A stretch of 64,000 nucleotides of DNA from the NCBI GenBank assembly GCA_046704885.1, contig JBJKRB010000158.1:46400-110399 (forward strand), read 5' to 3'. A program made the translations under genes and the position numbers. This document shows, one piece after another, positions 1 to 9,100 of the stretch; within the stretch, counting starts at the first letter, position 1, and every line of letters begins with the position of its first letter. The notes beneath the pieces are model-generated. The model saw nothing but the letters and a program-made list of their open reading frames with translations. It was not told where the DNA came from and ran no database searches. Origin of the DNA: Thermoanaerobaculia bacterium (GTDB lineage Bacteria > Acidobacteriota > Thermoanaerobaculia > Multivoradales > JBJKRB01).

Positions 1-124
1 TTTCAGCGAGAGCGGCCAGCATCTCCGCGCGCACGGTTTCGTTGAGCGCGTTCATCTTGTCTGGCCGGTTGACCGTGAGAATCGCTACGCGTCCTTCTCG
101 TTCCATCAGAATCGCTTCACCCAT
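1..124 (-). CDS. enoyl-CoA hydratase/isomerase family protein (N-terminal 41 aa only; rest lies beyond window start)
   Basis: Reverse-complement of 1-124 translates from ATG at 124 to MGEAILMEREGRVAILTVNRPDKMNALNETVRAEMLAALAE, a typical crotonase N-terminus. It lies directly downstream of the stop of the 165-965 gene. Not in the ORF track because it is shorter than 60 aa. Confidence 0.5.
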   Translation of the reverse strand, partial: MGEAILMEREGRVAILTVNRPDKMNALNETVRAEMLAALAE

Positions 125-164
125 GGGATCAATCTCCTTGATGTCAGTCTTGGGAGGGGGCTCT

Positions 165-965
165 TCAGCGGTGCTTCCAGTCGGGACTGCGTTTCTCGAT
201 AAAGGCCGAGAGCCCTTCCGTCATGTCTTCGGTCGCTAGCAGCTCTGTCAAATACAGTCTTTCCGCCGCATCGGTGGCGGCCGCTACGGAACGGTTGGCC
301 GCGGCCAGAACCGCGCGCTTCGCTAGCCGGGTTACGGCGGCACTGTTCGCGGTGATCTCGTCGATCCATTCGCCCAGGGCGCTCTCGAGCTCTGCCGCCG
401 GCACCACCCGGGTCACGAAACCGATGGCCTTGGCCTCTTGGGCGTCGAGCGTCTTTCCCGAGACGATGAGATCCAGGGTGGCGCCATAGCCGAGACGTTG
501 GGGGTAGACGGCGGCGGCGAAGGGTGGATAGCACCCCAGCTTGATCTCCGGTTGTCCGAACCGGGCGCGGTCCGAAGCCAGCACCCAGTCGCAGCTCGCC
601 GCGAGCTCCATGCCGCCGCCGAGGCAGGGTCCCTGGACGACGGCCAGGCTCAATGCCGGAAGAGCCATGAGTTGAAGGAGGGCGCGATGAAAGCGAGTCA
701 AGACCTCCTCCATCCTGTCGGGCGAATGGTCGTGCACGGAGACGCCGGCCGAGAAAACGCGGTCTCCCGCGCCCCGCAGCACCACGAGCTGCATCTCCGG
801 GTCTGCCGCCAGCGTATCGGTAACGCTTTCCAGCCGGCGCAGCGTGGAGAGATCGAGGATGTTGAGGGGCGGGGCGTCTACGGTGATGGTCGCGACCCGG
901 CCCTTCTTCTCCAAACGCACGGTATTCGAGGGCGGGGCGGAAGTCTCTTGCTCTTGTTCGTTCAT
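165..965 (-). CDS. enoyl-CoA hydratase/isomerase (crotonase family)
   Basis: 266 aa. Crotonase-fold oxyanion region (VVLRGAGDRVFSAGVSV ... GPCLGGGMELAASCD). C-terminal EGLSAFIEKRSPDW motif. ATGA overlap with the upstream gene. Confidence 0.85.
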   Translation of the reverse strand: MNEQEQETSAPPSNTVRLEKKGRVATITVDAPPLNILDLSTLRRLESVTDTLAADPEMQLVVLRGAGDRVFSAGVSVHDHSPDRMEEVLTRFHRALLQLMALPALSLAVVQGPCLGGGMELAASCDWVLASDRARFGQPEIKLGCYPPFAAAVYPQRLGYGATLDLIVSGKTLDAQEAKAIGFVTRVVPAAELESALGEWIDEITANSAAVTRLAKRAVLAAANRSVAAATDAAERLYLTELLATEDMTEGLSAFIEKRSPDWKHR

Positions 966-1711
966 CCTGCTCGCCTCCTGAGTTTCGTGTCGCGCATCGT
1001 TCCCGCGAGATCAGCCGCCGCTACGAAGTCGCGCCAGAGAGCCAATTCCAGTGGCCGCTCAACCAGGTTCTCGGGATGCCACTGTACGGCTCGTACCCAC
1101 CAGGGCCCGGAAGCCGGAAGAGTGATCGCCTCGATGACTTCGTCCGGGGCTTGCGCGACGGCGATCACGTCCTTGCCGAGCCGGCAGATGGCTTGATGGT
1201 GGCGGCTATTGACGGCGACTCGTTCGCTTCCCAGCCTTGCGCCGAGCGCCTCGTCGGTCGCGGTGACCGTGACGTCGTGAGCGATGCGGTCTTGCGGTTG
1301 CGGCACGTTGTGCTTGATGTCGCTGGGATGCTGGTGCGGCAGATCCTGCCACAAGGTGCCGCCGAGAAAGACGTTGATCATCTGACAGCCGCGGCAGATT
1401 CCCCAAACCGGCGTATGCCGCTCCTGGGCTCCGGTCAAGAGGCCCCATTCGAGCGCGTCGAGGGTGGGAGCGAGCTCGAGGTCGATACCCGCGATGGCCT
1501 CTTCTCCGTAGCGCCAGGGCTCGAGGTCCTCGCCGCCGCACAAGAGGAGCCCACGGGCCTGGGCGGCGAGCGCTTCTGGATCGAGGGACGGTTCGTCGTG
1601 GGGGGTAACGAGCACCAGATCGCCACTGTTCGCGCCCGCGGCCTTGAGGGCCTCGAGATAGGGCGTGGCGCGGGGACGATTCTCGCAAACGATGACGATC
1701 GAGCTTGTCAT
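962..1711 (-). CDS. class I glutamine amidotransferase-like hydrolase (peptidase C26 / gamma-glutamyl-GABA hydrolase PuuD family)
   Basis: 249 aa. GICRGCQ nucleophile-Cys motif and HHQ/WHPE histidine region typical of PuuD-like GATase1 hydrolases. ATG at 1711 with GAGG 7 nt upstream. Confidence 0.7.
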   Translation of the reverse strand: MTSSIVIVCENRPRATPYLEALKAAGANSGDLVLVTPHDEPSLDPEALAAQARGLLLCGGEDLEPWRYGEEAIAGIDLELAPTLDALEWGLLTGAQERHTPVWGICRGCQMINVFLGGTLWQDLPHQHPSDIKHNVPQPQDRIAHDVTVTATDEALGARLGSERVAVNSRHHQAICRLGKDVIAVAQAPDEVIEAITLPASGPWWVRAVQWHPENLVERPLELALWRDFVAAADLAGTMRDTKLRRRAG

Positions 1712-1725
1712 CCCGAGGAGCCTCT

Positions 1726-2943
1726 CTAGGCGGGGGATTCAGGCCGTTCGACGAGCGCCGCGAGTCCCATTCCACCGGAGACGCAGAGCGTGGCCAGTCC
1801 CCATCGTCCGCCCCTGGCTTCCAGGCCGTGGATCAGGGTGACCAGGATGCGAGCGCCGGTGCAGCCAATGGGATGACCGAGGGCGATCGCGCCACCGTCT
1901 GGATTGGTGAGCGCGCGATCGAAGGGAAGCTCCTTCAGGCAGGCGACGACTTGGCAGGCGAACGCTTCGTTGAGCTCCACCTGAGCGATCTGTTCGCTCA
2001 TGCCCGGCCACCGTTCGAGAAGGGCGCGCACGGCGGGCACGGGGCCGATACCCATGATCCTCGGTTCGACCCCGACCACTTGCCAGTCGTGGAGGTAGGC
2101 CGCCGGAGTGAGACCCAGCCGTTGCGCCGCTTCTTCGCTCGCGACGAGGATCGCGGCGGCCCCGTCGGTGATGCCGGAGGCGTTGCCGGCGGTGACCACG
2201 CCGTTCTCTCGGAAAACGGGCTTGAGCCGGCCGAGCTGCTCGAGGGTGACGTTGTCGCGCGGATGCTCGTCGCGATCCACCGTCGTCGTTCCCTTGCGGC
2301 CTGCCACCTCGACCGGCACGATTTCTCTTGCGAACCGTCCCGACTCGCGGGCCGCTTGACAGAACCGCTGGCTCTCGGCGGCATAGGTATCGGAAGCCGA
2401 GCGGTCGACTCCCGTCTCGCCGGCGAGCTCCTCGGCCGTCTCTCCCATCACCATCCCGGAGAGCGGGTCGTTGAAGCCATCGCGGTACATGCCATCGACG
2501 ATCTCGGCATGTCCGAGGCGATAGCCCCAACGCGCTCGCGGCAGCATGTAGGGAGTATTCGACATGCTCTCGGTTCCACCTGCGAGAACCACTTCCGCTT
2601 CGCCGAGAACAATGGCGCGAGCCGCTTCGAAGACCGCCTGCAGGCTCGATCCGCAGGCCTGATTCACGGTAAACGCGGGGCGCTCGACCGGGATGCCCGC
2701 CCGGTAGCCGATCTGACGGGCGGTGTTCGGACCGCCGCCGGCTTGGCGGCCGTGGCCGAAGATGGTCTGGTCGACCGCTTGGGGATCGAGGCCGGCCCGC
2801 TCGAGACAAGCAATCGCCGCGGCGCTCCCCAGATCCGCCGCTGAAAGGGTAGAGAGGCCGCCTCCGAACTTTCCGATCGGAGTGCGAACCGGAGCGATGA
2901 GGGCCAGCCGTCGGCCCCCGAGGGGTGATCTATTTTCCGACAT
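1726..2943 (-). CDS. acetyl-CoA C-acetyltransferase (thiolase II)
   Basis: Start re-set to the internal ATG (MSENRSPLGGRRLALIAPVRTPIGKFGG). The long N-terminal extension in the track is low-complexity. Thiolase signatures: NQACGSS (active Cys), GNASGITDGAAA, NEAFA, GHPIGCTGAR, C-terminal CVSGGMG. Confidence 0.9.
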   Translation of the reverse strand: MSENRSPLGGRRLALIAPVRTPIGKFGGGLSTLSAADLGSAAAIACLERAGLDPQAVDQTIFGHGRQAGGGPNTARQIGYRAGIPVERPAFTVNQACGSSLQAVFEAARAIVLGEAEVVLAGGTESMSNTPYMLPRARWGYRLGHAEIVDGMYRDGFNDPLSGMVMGETAEELAGETGVDRSASDTYAAESQRFCQAARESGRFAREIVPVEVAGRKGTTTVDRDEHPRDNVTLEQLGRLKPVFRENGVVTAGNASGITDGAAAILVASEEAAQRLGLTPAAYLHDWQVVGVEPRIMGIGPVPAVRALLERWPGMSEQIAQVELNEAFACQVVACLKELPFDRALTNPDGGAIALGHPIGCTGARILVTLIHGLEARGGRWGLATLCVSGGMGLAALVERPESPA

Positions 2944-4396
2944 AGACAGTCTTGGTCTCGGTGTAGTGGTCGAGCGCCTGGCGCCCGAGCTCGCGGCCGA
3001 AGCCGCTCTGCTTGTAGCCGCCGAAGGCGCCGGCCGAGTCGAACCAGTTGTACTGATTGATCCACACGGTGCCCGCCTGGAGGCGAGCAGCGACCCGGTG
3101 CGCTTTGCCAACGTCTCGCGTCCAGACCCCGGCGGCCAAGCCGTAGATCGAGTCGTTGGCCAAAGCTACCGCTTCGTCCGCGTCCTCGAAGGGGATGACC
3201 ACCAGCACGGGGCCGAAGATCTCTTCTTGCGCCACCCGCATCTGGTTGGAGACGCGGTCCAGGATCGTCGGGTTCATGAAGTAGCCGTGACCATCCACGT
3301 CCGCGGCTTCGCCGCCGATCGCGACCTCGGCCCCTTCCGATTTCCCGATCTCGACGTATCCCAGGACCGACTGACGTTGCTTGGCGGAGATCAGGGCTCC
3401 CATGCGGGTCTTGGGATCGAGGGGATCCGCGGGCACCAGTCGCTCGGTGCGAGCCACGAGCTTTTCCATCAGCTCGTCGTGTACGGCGCGCTCGACGAAA
3501 AGGCGCGAGCCCGCGGCGCAGACCTCTCCCTTGCCGTAGAAGATGCCGTTGTAGGCGCCCTTGACCGCGGCGTCGATGTCGGCATCGGCGAAGACGATGT
3601 TAGGGGACTTTCCCCCGAGCTCCAGGGTCACCCGCTTGATGGTTTCGGCCGCGTCGCGCATGATGCCGCGACCGACCTCGGTCGACCCGGTGAACGAAAC
3701 CTTGTTGACCAGCGGATGGCGAACCAGCGCCTCCCCGACCTCCGCCCCTCTCCCCGTGAGAACGTTGAGCACGCCGGCGGGCAGCCCCGCCTCGTGGGCG
3801 AGCTCGGCGAACTTGAGAGCGGTGAGCGAGGTGTAGCTCGCGGGTTTGTGAACCACCGTGTTGCCGCAAGCGAGGGCGGGAGCGATCTTCCAGATGGCTT
3901 GGATAAGAGGAAAGTTCCACGGTGTGATCGCCGCCACCACGCCCACCGGTTCGCGACGCGTATAAGCGTGGACGAAGGGCCCGGCGACGGGCAGCGTCTC
4001 GCCGCTGATCTTGTCGGTCCAGCCCGCGTAGTAGCGCAGGCACTCGATGACGGTGGGAAGGTCGACGTAGCGCGACTCGAAGATCGGCTTGCCGTTGTCC
4101 AGGGTCTCGACCAGAGCGAACTCGTCGATCCTCTCTTCCAGCCGGTCGGCGATTCGCCACATGATCAGGCCGCGTTCGCGCGGCGAGATCCTGCCACCCC
4201 AGTCGCCCGCGAGCGCCGCGCGCGCCGAGGCGACCGCCCGGTCGACGTCCGCGCCGGTGGCCGCGGCGATCGCTCCGAGCTCGGCTTCCGTCGCCGGGTT
4301 CTCGGTGGAAAGGGTTTCGCCGGTCTCGGCGGCCGTCCATTCCCCGTCGATGTACAGCTTTGCCGGGGGGAGATTGGGCTCGACTGCGCTCACCAC
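2930..4396 (-). CDS. NAD(P)-dependent aldehyde dehydrogenase
   Basis: The track ORF is 559 aa with an R/S-rich N-terminus. I set the start to GTG at 4396 (GGGAG RBS about 10 nt upstream, immediately after the TGA of the upstream gene), giving VVSAVEPNLPPAKLYIDGEW. ALDH motifs: ELGGKSP, FTGSTEVG, catalytic Cys in GEVCAAGSR. Confidence 0.88.
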   Translation of the reverse strand: MVSAVEPNLPPAKLYIDGEWTAAETGETLSTENPATEAELGAIAAATGADVDRAVASARAALAGDWGGRISPRERGLIMWRIADRLEERIDEFALVETLDNGKPIFESRYVDLPTVIECLRYYAGWTDKISGETLPVAGPFVHAYTRREPVGVVAAITPWNFPLIQAIWKIAPALACGNTVVHKPASYTSLTALKFAELAHEAGLPAGVLNVLTGRGAEVGEALVRHPLVNKVSFTGSTEVGRGIMRDAAETIKRVTLELGGKSPNIVFADADIDAAVKGAYNGIFYGKGEVCAAGSRLFVERAVHDELMEKLVARTERLVPADPLDPKTRMGALISAKQRQSVLGYVEIGKSEGAEVAIGGEAADVDGHGYFMNPTILDRVSNQMRVAQEEIFGPVLVVIPFEDADEAVALANDSIYGLAAGVWTRDVGKAHRVAARLQAGTVWINQYNWFDSAGAFGGYKQSGFGRELGRQALDHYTETKTVYVGK

Positions 4397-4397
4397 C

Positions 4398-5216
4398 TCA
4401 GGCTCCCTTGAACGAGGGAGTCCGCTTCTCGATGTAGGCGGTGAGGCCCTCCTTGGCGTCACCCGACTGGAAGAGCTGCTGCTGCAGCTCGCGCTCGAGG
4501 GCGAGAGCCGTCTCGAAGGGGATCTCGGCCCCGGTTTGGACCGAGCGCTTGATCCGGCCGACGGCACGCGCCGCGCGCGCCGGCGGGCAGAAGCCCTTGG
4601 CGAACGCATGGACCTGCTCGAGGAAGTCCTCCCCCTCGTAGATCTCGTTGATCACGCCGAGAGTCTGTGCCTGCTCGAAGCTCATGAGCTTGCCGGTGAC
4701 CATCATCTCGATGGCCCGGCTCTTTCCGACGAGGCGCGCTAGACGCTGGGTCCCACCGGTGCCGGGCAAGACGCCGAGACTGATCTCGGGCAATCCCACC
4801 TTTCCGGCGTCCTTCTTGGCGAGGCGCAAGTCGGCCGCCATGGCGATCTCGAGACCGCCACCAACCGTGTGACCGTTGAGCGCCGCGATCACCAGCTTGG
4901 GGGTCTGCTCGAGGCGATTGAGCGTTTCGTTGGCGTGCAGGCAGAAGTAGTACTTCCAGTTGGGGTCGGCCTTCTGCAGCATGCCGATATCGGCGCCGGC
5001 GCAGAAGAACTTCTGGCCGAGCCCGGTCAACACGAGAACGTGGACGTCGTCGTCGAAGCGCGCCTTGAGAATGGCCTCGTCGAGCTGGCGCATCATTTCG
5101 TGGGTGTAGCAGTTCGCGGGAGGGTCTGCCAGGGTGAAATAAGCGACCCCTTCCTTGACCTCGTAATGGACGAGGGTCTTCCGTTCGCTCGTATCTTGGA
5201 CTTCGGTCTGCGGCAT
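4398..5216 (-). CDS. enoyl-CoA hydratase/isomerase (crotonase family); first gene of operon
   Basis: 272 aa. FCAGADI ... GHTVGGGLEIAMAADLR. C-terminal EGLTAYIEKRTPSF. GGAGGA RBS upstream of ATG 5216. Confidence 0.85.
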   Translation of the reverse strand: MPQTEVQDTSERKTLVHYEVKEGVAYFTLADPPANCYTHEMMRQLDEAILKARFDDDVHVLVLTGLGQKFFCAGADIGMLQKADPNWKYYFCLHANETLNRLEQTPKLVIAALNGHTVGGGLEIAMAADLRLAKKDAGKVGLPEISLGVLPGTGGTQRLARLVGKSRAIEMMVTGKLMSFEQAQTLGVINEIYEGEDFLEQVHAFAKGFCPPARAARAVGRIKRSVQTGAEIPFETALALERELQQQLFQSGDAKEGLTAYIEKRTPSFKGA

Positions 5217-5372
5217 TAGCGATCCTCCAAATAACAGATTGCGGACGATTCAGCGGGATAGGAAGCCACGGTCGACCCACATCGGGGCGACGGTCACTTC
5301 GCAGGGATCCATTCTTTCACGGCGGCTGCCGGTGGTCAAAGAAGGTAGCCACGCCAAGGCGGGAAGTCGAGA

Positions 5373-7202
5373 CTAGTCCGCTTCTCGCTCGAGCGAACAA
5401 CAGTGGGGGGCCGAAGACGGCGATGTCTCGGCCTCGAGGACGCTGCCACGGGTTGGATTCGGGCGGAAGGTGGTGCAACCTTTGAGGCTGCGCTCGTAGG
5501 CGAGACGATAGAGGTTGCGGAAGCTTTCGAAGGGATAATTCTCGGGGATGTTGAGCGTCTTCGAGATCGCGCTGTCCACGAAGGGCTGAAGCGCCGCTTG
5601 CATGGCGAGGTGCTTCTCCGGTTCGATCTCGCGCGCGGTGGCGAAGATGTCGCCGGGAGGCGCTCCATTCCCGAGGTCGGCCCAACGCGCTACCGCGTCG
5701 TCCGTGACCTCGAACTGGCGAGGACCCGACACGCCGACGACTCGGCGCGTGTAGCGCCGGGCGAAGACCGGTTCGAGCCCGCTCGATACGTTGTTGGCCA
5801 GCACACTGATCGTCCCCGCCGGGGCGATCGCGGTGAGGTGGCTGTTGCGGATACCGTGCGTGGCGATCGCTTCTCGGACCGCTGCCGGGAGGGCGGCGAT
5901 GAATTCGCCTTCGAGATAGGGTTTTTGCTCGAATTCGGGAAAGGGTCCCTTCTCTTCGGCGATCTGGGTCGAGGCGAGGTAGGCGCTGTGGCAAATTGTT
6001 CGCATGGCCTGCGCCGCGATCTCTCGCCCTTCGGCGCTCGCATAACCGCGGCCGAGAAGGATCAGCGCGTCCCCGAGACCCGTGATCCCGAGTCCCACCC
6101 GCCGCGAGCGGCGGGCCCGTTGCGCCTGGTGCTCGAGCGGGAAATCCGAAGCGTCGATCACGTTGTCGAGCATGCGAACCGCGATCCTGGCGGTGGCGCG
6201 AATGCCCTCGAGGTCGAGACTTGCCGCAGGGCTGAACGGATTGCGCACGAAACGGGCGAGGTTGATCGATCCCAGGTCGCAGGCGCCGTACGGCGGCAGG
6301 GGGATCTCGCCGCATGGATTGGTCGCCGAGATCTGTTCCCGGTAGGCCAGGTTGTTGACTTCATTGATGCGATCGATGAAGAGGACGCCGGGCTCCGCAG
6401 TCTCGTAAGTCGAGCGCATCAAGCGATCCCAGAGGCGTCGCGCCGGGACCACGCGGATGACGCGGCAGGGTACCGGCTGGTCGGTTCCAGACCAACGCCG
6501 CCATAAGACCCTATCGTCGGCGGGCTGACTTCCTGCTTGCTCGCCGACGTCGGTCGAGAGCGGGAAGACAAGGGGCCACTCGTCGTCGCGTTCGATCGCC
6601 GCCATGAGCTCATCGGTCACCAGCAGCGACAGATTGAAGTTGACGAGCTCGCCGGGCGAGTGCTTGGCCGCAATGAACTCCTCGACGTCGGGATGGTCGC
6701 AGCGCAGGGTCGCCATCATGGCTCCGCGTCGCGCTCCGGTCGATAGCATGGTGGCGCACATGGCGTCCCACACCCTCATGAAGGACACCGGTCCGGAAGC
6801 CACGGTGCCGGCGCTCACGGCGGGGGCGCCGCGTGGCCGCAGGGTGGAGAAGTCGTACCCCACGCCGCCCCCTTGTTGCATCGTAAGAGCGCCTTCCTTG
6901 AGCGCCTGAAAGATGCCGTCCAGAGAGTCTTCGATCGTACCCATTACGAAGCAGTTGAAGAGGGTCACCCGGTGAGGGTTTCCGCATCCCGCGAGGATGC
7001 GGCCGCCGGGCAAGAAGCGGAAGTCGCGCAGGATGGAGAGGAACTCCTCTTCCCGCTGGGAGCGCCCGGCGGACTCCACGGCGGCCAGGGTGGTGGCCAC
7101 GCGTTGCCACGTCTCTTCGATCGAGGCTTCGCCGTCGAGCCGGTACTTGCTCTTCCAGATCTGCTCGGAGAGCTCGTTGGTGAAGGGGCCGCGGTCCGGC
7201 AC
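5373..7202 (-). CDS. nrdJ: adenosylcobalamin-dependent ribonucleoside-diphosphate/triphosphate reductase (class II RNR)
   Basis: 609 aa. ATNPCGEI active-site motif, glycine-rich GGGVGYDFS, C-terminal Cys pair (PHCCSLE). Start is GTG at 7202 with GGAGG 12-13 nt upstream. Confidence 0.88.
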   Translation of the reverse strand: MPDRGPFTNELSEQIWKSKYRLDGEASIEETWQRVATTLAAVESAGRSQREEEFLSILRDFRFLPGGRILAGCGNPHRVTLFNCFVMGTIEDSLDGIFQALKEGALTMQQGGGVGYDFSTLRPRGAPAVSAGTVASGPVSFMRVWDAMCATMLSTGARRGAMMATLRCDHPDVEEFIAAKHSPGELVNFNLSLLVTDELMAAIERDDEWPLVFPLSTDVGEQAGSQPADDRVLWRRWSGTDQPVPCRVIRVVPARRLWDRLMRSTYETAEPGVLFIDRINEVNNLAYREQISATNPCGEIPLPPYGACDLGSINLARFVRNPFSPAASLDLEGIRATARIAVRMLDNVIDASDFPLEHQAQRARRSRRVGLGITGLGDALILLGRGYASAEGREIAAQAMRTICHSAYLASTQIAEEKGPFPEFEQKPYLEGEFIAALPAAVREAIATHGIRNSHLTAIAPAGTISVLANNVSSGLEPVFARRYTRRVVGVSGPRQFEVTDDAVARWADLGNGAPPGDIFATAREIEPEKHLAMQAALQPFVDSAISKTLNIPENYPFESFRNLYRLAYERSLKGCTTFRPNPTRGSVLEAETSPSSAPHCCSLEREAD

Positions 7203-7209
7203 CGGGTGG

Positions 7210-8247
7210 TCAGCCTCCGATCTGGACGAAACTCTGTAGGTTGCCGCTGGATCCCTCGTGCAGCCGATGCTGCTCCGGTTTGACCCGCATCAGCTCGAGA
7301 ATGCGGCGACGCAGCGCCTCCTCGGGGTGATCCGTGCTCAGAAGGTGGCGCAGGGGATAGTCGCGCTCGGCGAAGAGGCAGAGCCGCGCCTCACCCCGGG
7401 CGGTGAGTCGCAGGCGGCTGCAAGTGCTGCAAAAGCTGTGAGACATGGGGCTGATGAAACCCAGCGTTCCGAGGAAGCCGGGAATCTGAAAGACCCGGGC
7501 CGGGCCGTTTCCGATCTTCTCGCTCGCCGGCATGAGACGTCCGAAGCGGGCCTCGATGCTGCTTCGCGCCGCAACCGCGGAGAGGAAGCCTCGAGCCGTC
7601 AACTCCTCGTTGGCCGGAGTCGCCATTAGCTCGATGAAGCGGACGGAAAGGGGAAGGCGGCGGGTGAGCTCCACCATCCGGTCGATGTCCGCTTCATTGA
7701 TGCCGGCCAGCAATACCATGTTGAGCTTCACGGGATCGAATCCGGCTTCGAGCGCGGCTCGAACCCCCCTCCAAACCCGCTCCATGTCGCCCCTGCGAGT
7801 CACGGCGAGGAAGGTTTCCGGATCCAGACTATCGAGGCTCACATTGACCCGTCGTATCCCTGCCGCGCGCAGTGCCGGCGCCATGCTCTCCAGAAGCATG
7901 CCGTTGGTCGAGAGGGCAAGGTCTTCGACACCCGGTATCCTCGCGACGCGGCGCGCGATCTCGAGAACGTCCTTGCGCACCAGGGGCTCGCCTCCGGTGA
8001 TCCGGAGGCGGCTGATGCCGAGGGAGACAAAGGCTCGAACCATCGTCTCGAGCTCGTCGGGAGCGAGAAATCTACGATCGCCGTAAGGAAACTCGGCGTC
8101 GGCCGGCATGCAGTACTGACAACGAAGGTTGCAGCGGTCGGTCACTGAGATCCGCAGGTAGTCGAGCCGGCGTCCGAAGGCGTCGATGAGGGCTGCGGGC
8201 TCAGTCGGCGCCGCCCGCTCCTCGGCGGCTGTGGCTACGGCGCTCAT
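7210..8247 (-). CDS. moaA: GTP 3',8-cyclase MoaA (radical SAM; molybdenum cofactor biosynthesis)
   Basis: 345 aa. CNLRCQYC radical-SAM cluster motif, C-terminal second-cluster cysteines (CSTCSRLRLTARGEARLC), GG C-terminus. Confidence 0.9.
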   Translation of the reverse strand: MSAVATAAEERAAPTEPAALIDAFGRRLDYLRISVTDRCNLRCQYCMPADAEFPYGDRRFLAPDELETMVRAFVSLGISRLRITGGEPLVRKDVLEIARRVARIPGVEDLALSTNGMLLESMAPALRAAGIRRVNVSLDSLDPETFLAVTRRGDMERVWRGVRAALEAGFDPVKLNMVLLAGINEADIDRMVELTRRLPLSVRFIELMATPANEELTARGFLSAVAARSSIEARFGRLMPASEKIGNGPARVFQIPGFLGTLGFISPMSHSFCSTCSRLRLTARGEARLCLFAERDYPLRHLLSTDHPEEALRRRILELMRVKPEQHRLHEGSSGNLQSFVQIGG

Positions 8248-8296
8248 CTGAGGGTTATTCTAGCCCGCTGGCGGACTCGTTTCCCTCGGGGCGCGC

Positions 8297-8348
8297 TTGA
8301 CCCCCCGCTCGTGGTGTCCGTACAATCCGATATTCTTCCGTACGGACA
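8297..8348 (+). promoter_or_regulatory. near-consensus sigma70 promoter (TTGACC-18nt-TACAAT) overlapped by a 9-bp perfect inverted repeat (TGTCCGTAC-N16-GTACGGACA)
   Basis: TTGACC 8297-8302, TACAAT 8321-8326. Inverted-repeat arms 8315-8323 and 8340-8348. ATG of the downstream ORF at 8352. Confidence 0.6.
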
Positions 8349-8351
8349 GTC

Positions 8352-9083
8352 ATGATCACGGGCTACAACACAGACGTCAAGCATGGTGAAGTGGTCTTTC
8401 ACGTTCAGACGGAAGACAAGGGGGAGTCCAATCCCTGGGTCGAGAGCCTGATCTACGTAGGTGGGAGGGTCGTTGCGTCGAAGCGAGCTAGTTACGCGGA
8501 ACTGCTCAAAGATAGCTCGGACACTCAGTTCATCATGGCGTTGATGGAGCGCCAGCACCGCCTGATGATCGCCGCGATCCGCAACGGTCGCCTCGACGGC
8601 AGGCTGCAGGAGCTCGGCTTGGCGCAAGCGGGGACCGGGCGGGCGGTGCAAGCCGTGGCGAGCTCCGGCTCGAGCCACGGTGCGGAGCTCGCGCCCGCGA
8701 CGAGTGGCGAAGATGGTGGTGGCGAGGAAGGCGCGGCCCCGAGCCTGGATCAGGTCATCCTCGATTACCTGACCAACGAGGCGAGTCAGGAACAGCTCGA
8801 GCTTCATCTAGATCTCGGCGCTGACCTGGCGCTGGGACAGCGGACGGAGCTCAAACTCTCGACAACGGCCAGCAAGTCGCAGCGGCCGGTCGCCGCCGCG
8901 ATGGTGATCGTCAAGATGATTTCGACGGTGCGCGAACCGGTGACGCTCGCCGAGGGTGCGACGGATGGCGACGGGCGCCTCGATTTGACCATCGAAGTTC
9001 CCGCTCTGGAGCGAGGCACGGCCGCCCTGATCATCACCGCGACGAGCGAGCTCGGCAACGCGGAGATGAAGCATCTCCTGTGA
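8352..9083 (+). CDS. conserved hypothetical protein (243 aa); no family recognised
   Basis: Long ORF in the coding-strand context immediately downstream of the strong promoter. Stop overlaps the RBS region of the ThiS/MoaD-like gene. N-terminal ITGYNTDVKHGEVVFHVQTEDKG. Acidic low-complexity middle. Beta-rich C-terminus. Confidence 0.6.
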   Translation: MITGYNTDVKHGEVVFHVQTEDKGESNPWVESLIYVGGRVVASKRASYAELLKDSSDTQFIMALMERQHRLMIAAIRNGRLDGRLQELGLAQAGTGRAVQAVASSGSSHGAELAPATSGEDGGGEEGAAPSLDQVILDYLTNEASQEQLELHLDLGADLALGQRTELKLSTTASKSQRPVAAAMVIVKMISTVREPVTLAEGATDGDGRLDLTIEVPALERGTAALIITATSELGNAEMKHLL

Positions 9084-9100
9084 AGGGAAGGAAGACGGCG

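Noticed and set aside
1705-4411. Long plus-strand ORFs (1705-2844, 2723-4411, 2108-2359, etc.) with R/G/A-rich translations
   Set aside because: Antisense shadow ORFs of the thiolase and ALDH genes, typical of high-GC DNA. No motifs. They overlap well-supported minus-strand genes.
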